Assembly (NCBI GenBank): GCA_024679065.1
Contig: JAGIQG010000022.1
Span: 26,412,001-26,476,000 of the forward strand
DNA: 64,000 bases
Source: Sphyrna mokarran
Taxonomy: Eukaryota
Direction: 5' to 3'
Numbering within the stretch: the stretch's first letter is position 1; each line of letters starts with the position of its first letter. Positions 63,918-64,000 of this stretch are shown piece after piece. The position numbers and the translations under genes are program-made. The notes below the pieces were generated by a model, which made no database searches, was not told the DNA's origin, and saw nothing but the letters and a program-made list of their open reading frames with translations.

Positions 63918-64000
63918 AAAAATTAACTTCCCAGGTTTGGATCATATTCAGTCTGGAAAACTGAAGGAGGGAATTAATAAAAAAACAAGATGTTACTGTT

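Overview
This is vertebrate, repeat-rich genomic DNA, almost certainly from a shark (inferred from HE1-type V-SINEs, HER1/CR1 LINEs and SacSINE1-like DeuSINEs). Nearly all ORFs in the track are retroelement debris or antisense noise. The window holds many CR1 LINE copies: one 3.9-kb copy with ORF1, endonuclease and RT remnants, and a separate ORF1 esterase remnant. It also holds about 15 HE1-type SINEs, two other tRNA-SINE families, TIR-bounded non-autonomous DNA elements, two probable solo LTRs and a 214-N gap. Host-gene evidence on the + strand is two in-frame phase-1 exons (32200-32328, 34759-34935) encoding a Ser/acidic low-complexity segment, plus a candidate last coding exon (41019-41053); I could not name the gene. 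The most notable content is a set of fold-back Penelope-like elements (PLEs) carrying minimal hammerhead ribozyme motifs. One has a GIY-YIG remnant and a 12-bp TSD. Another appears to have co-inserted an inverted copy of about 290 bp of neighbouring DNA. There are also perfect, locally templated duplications. All coordinates were read by eye, and repeat boundaries are approximate.
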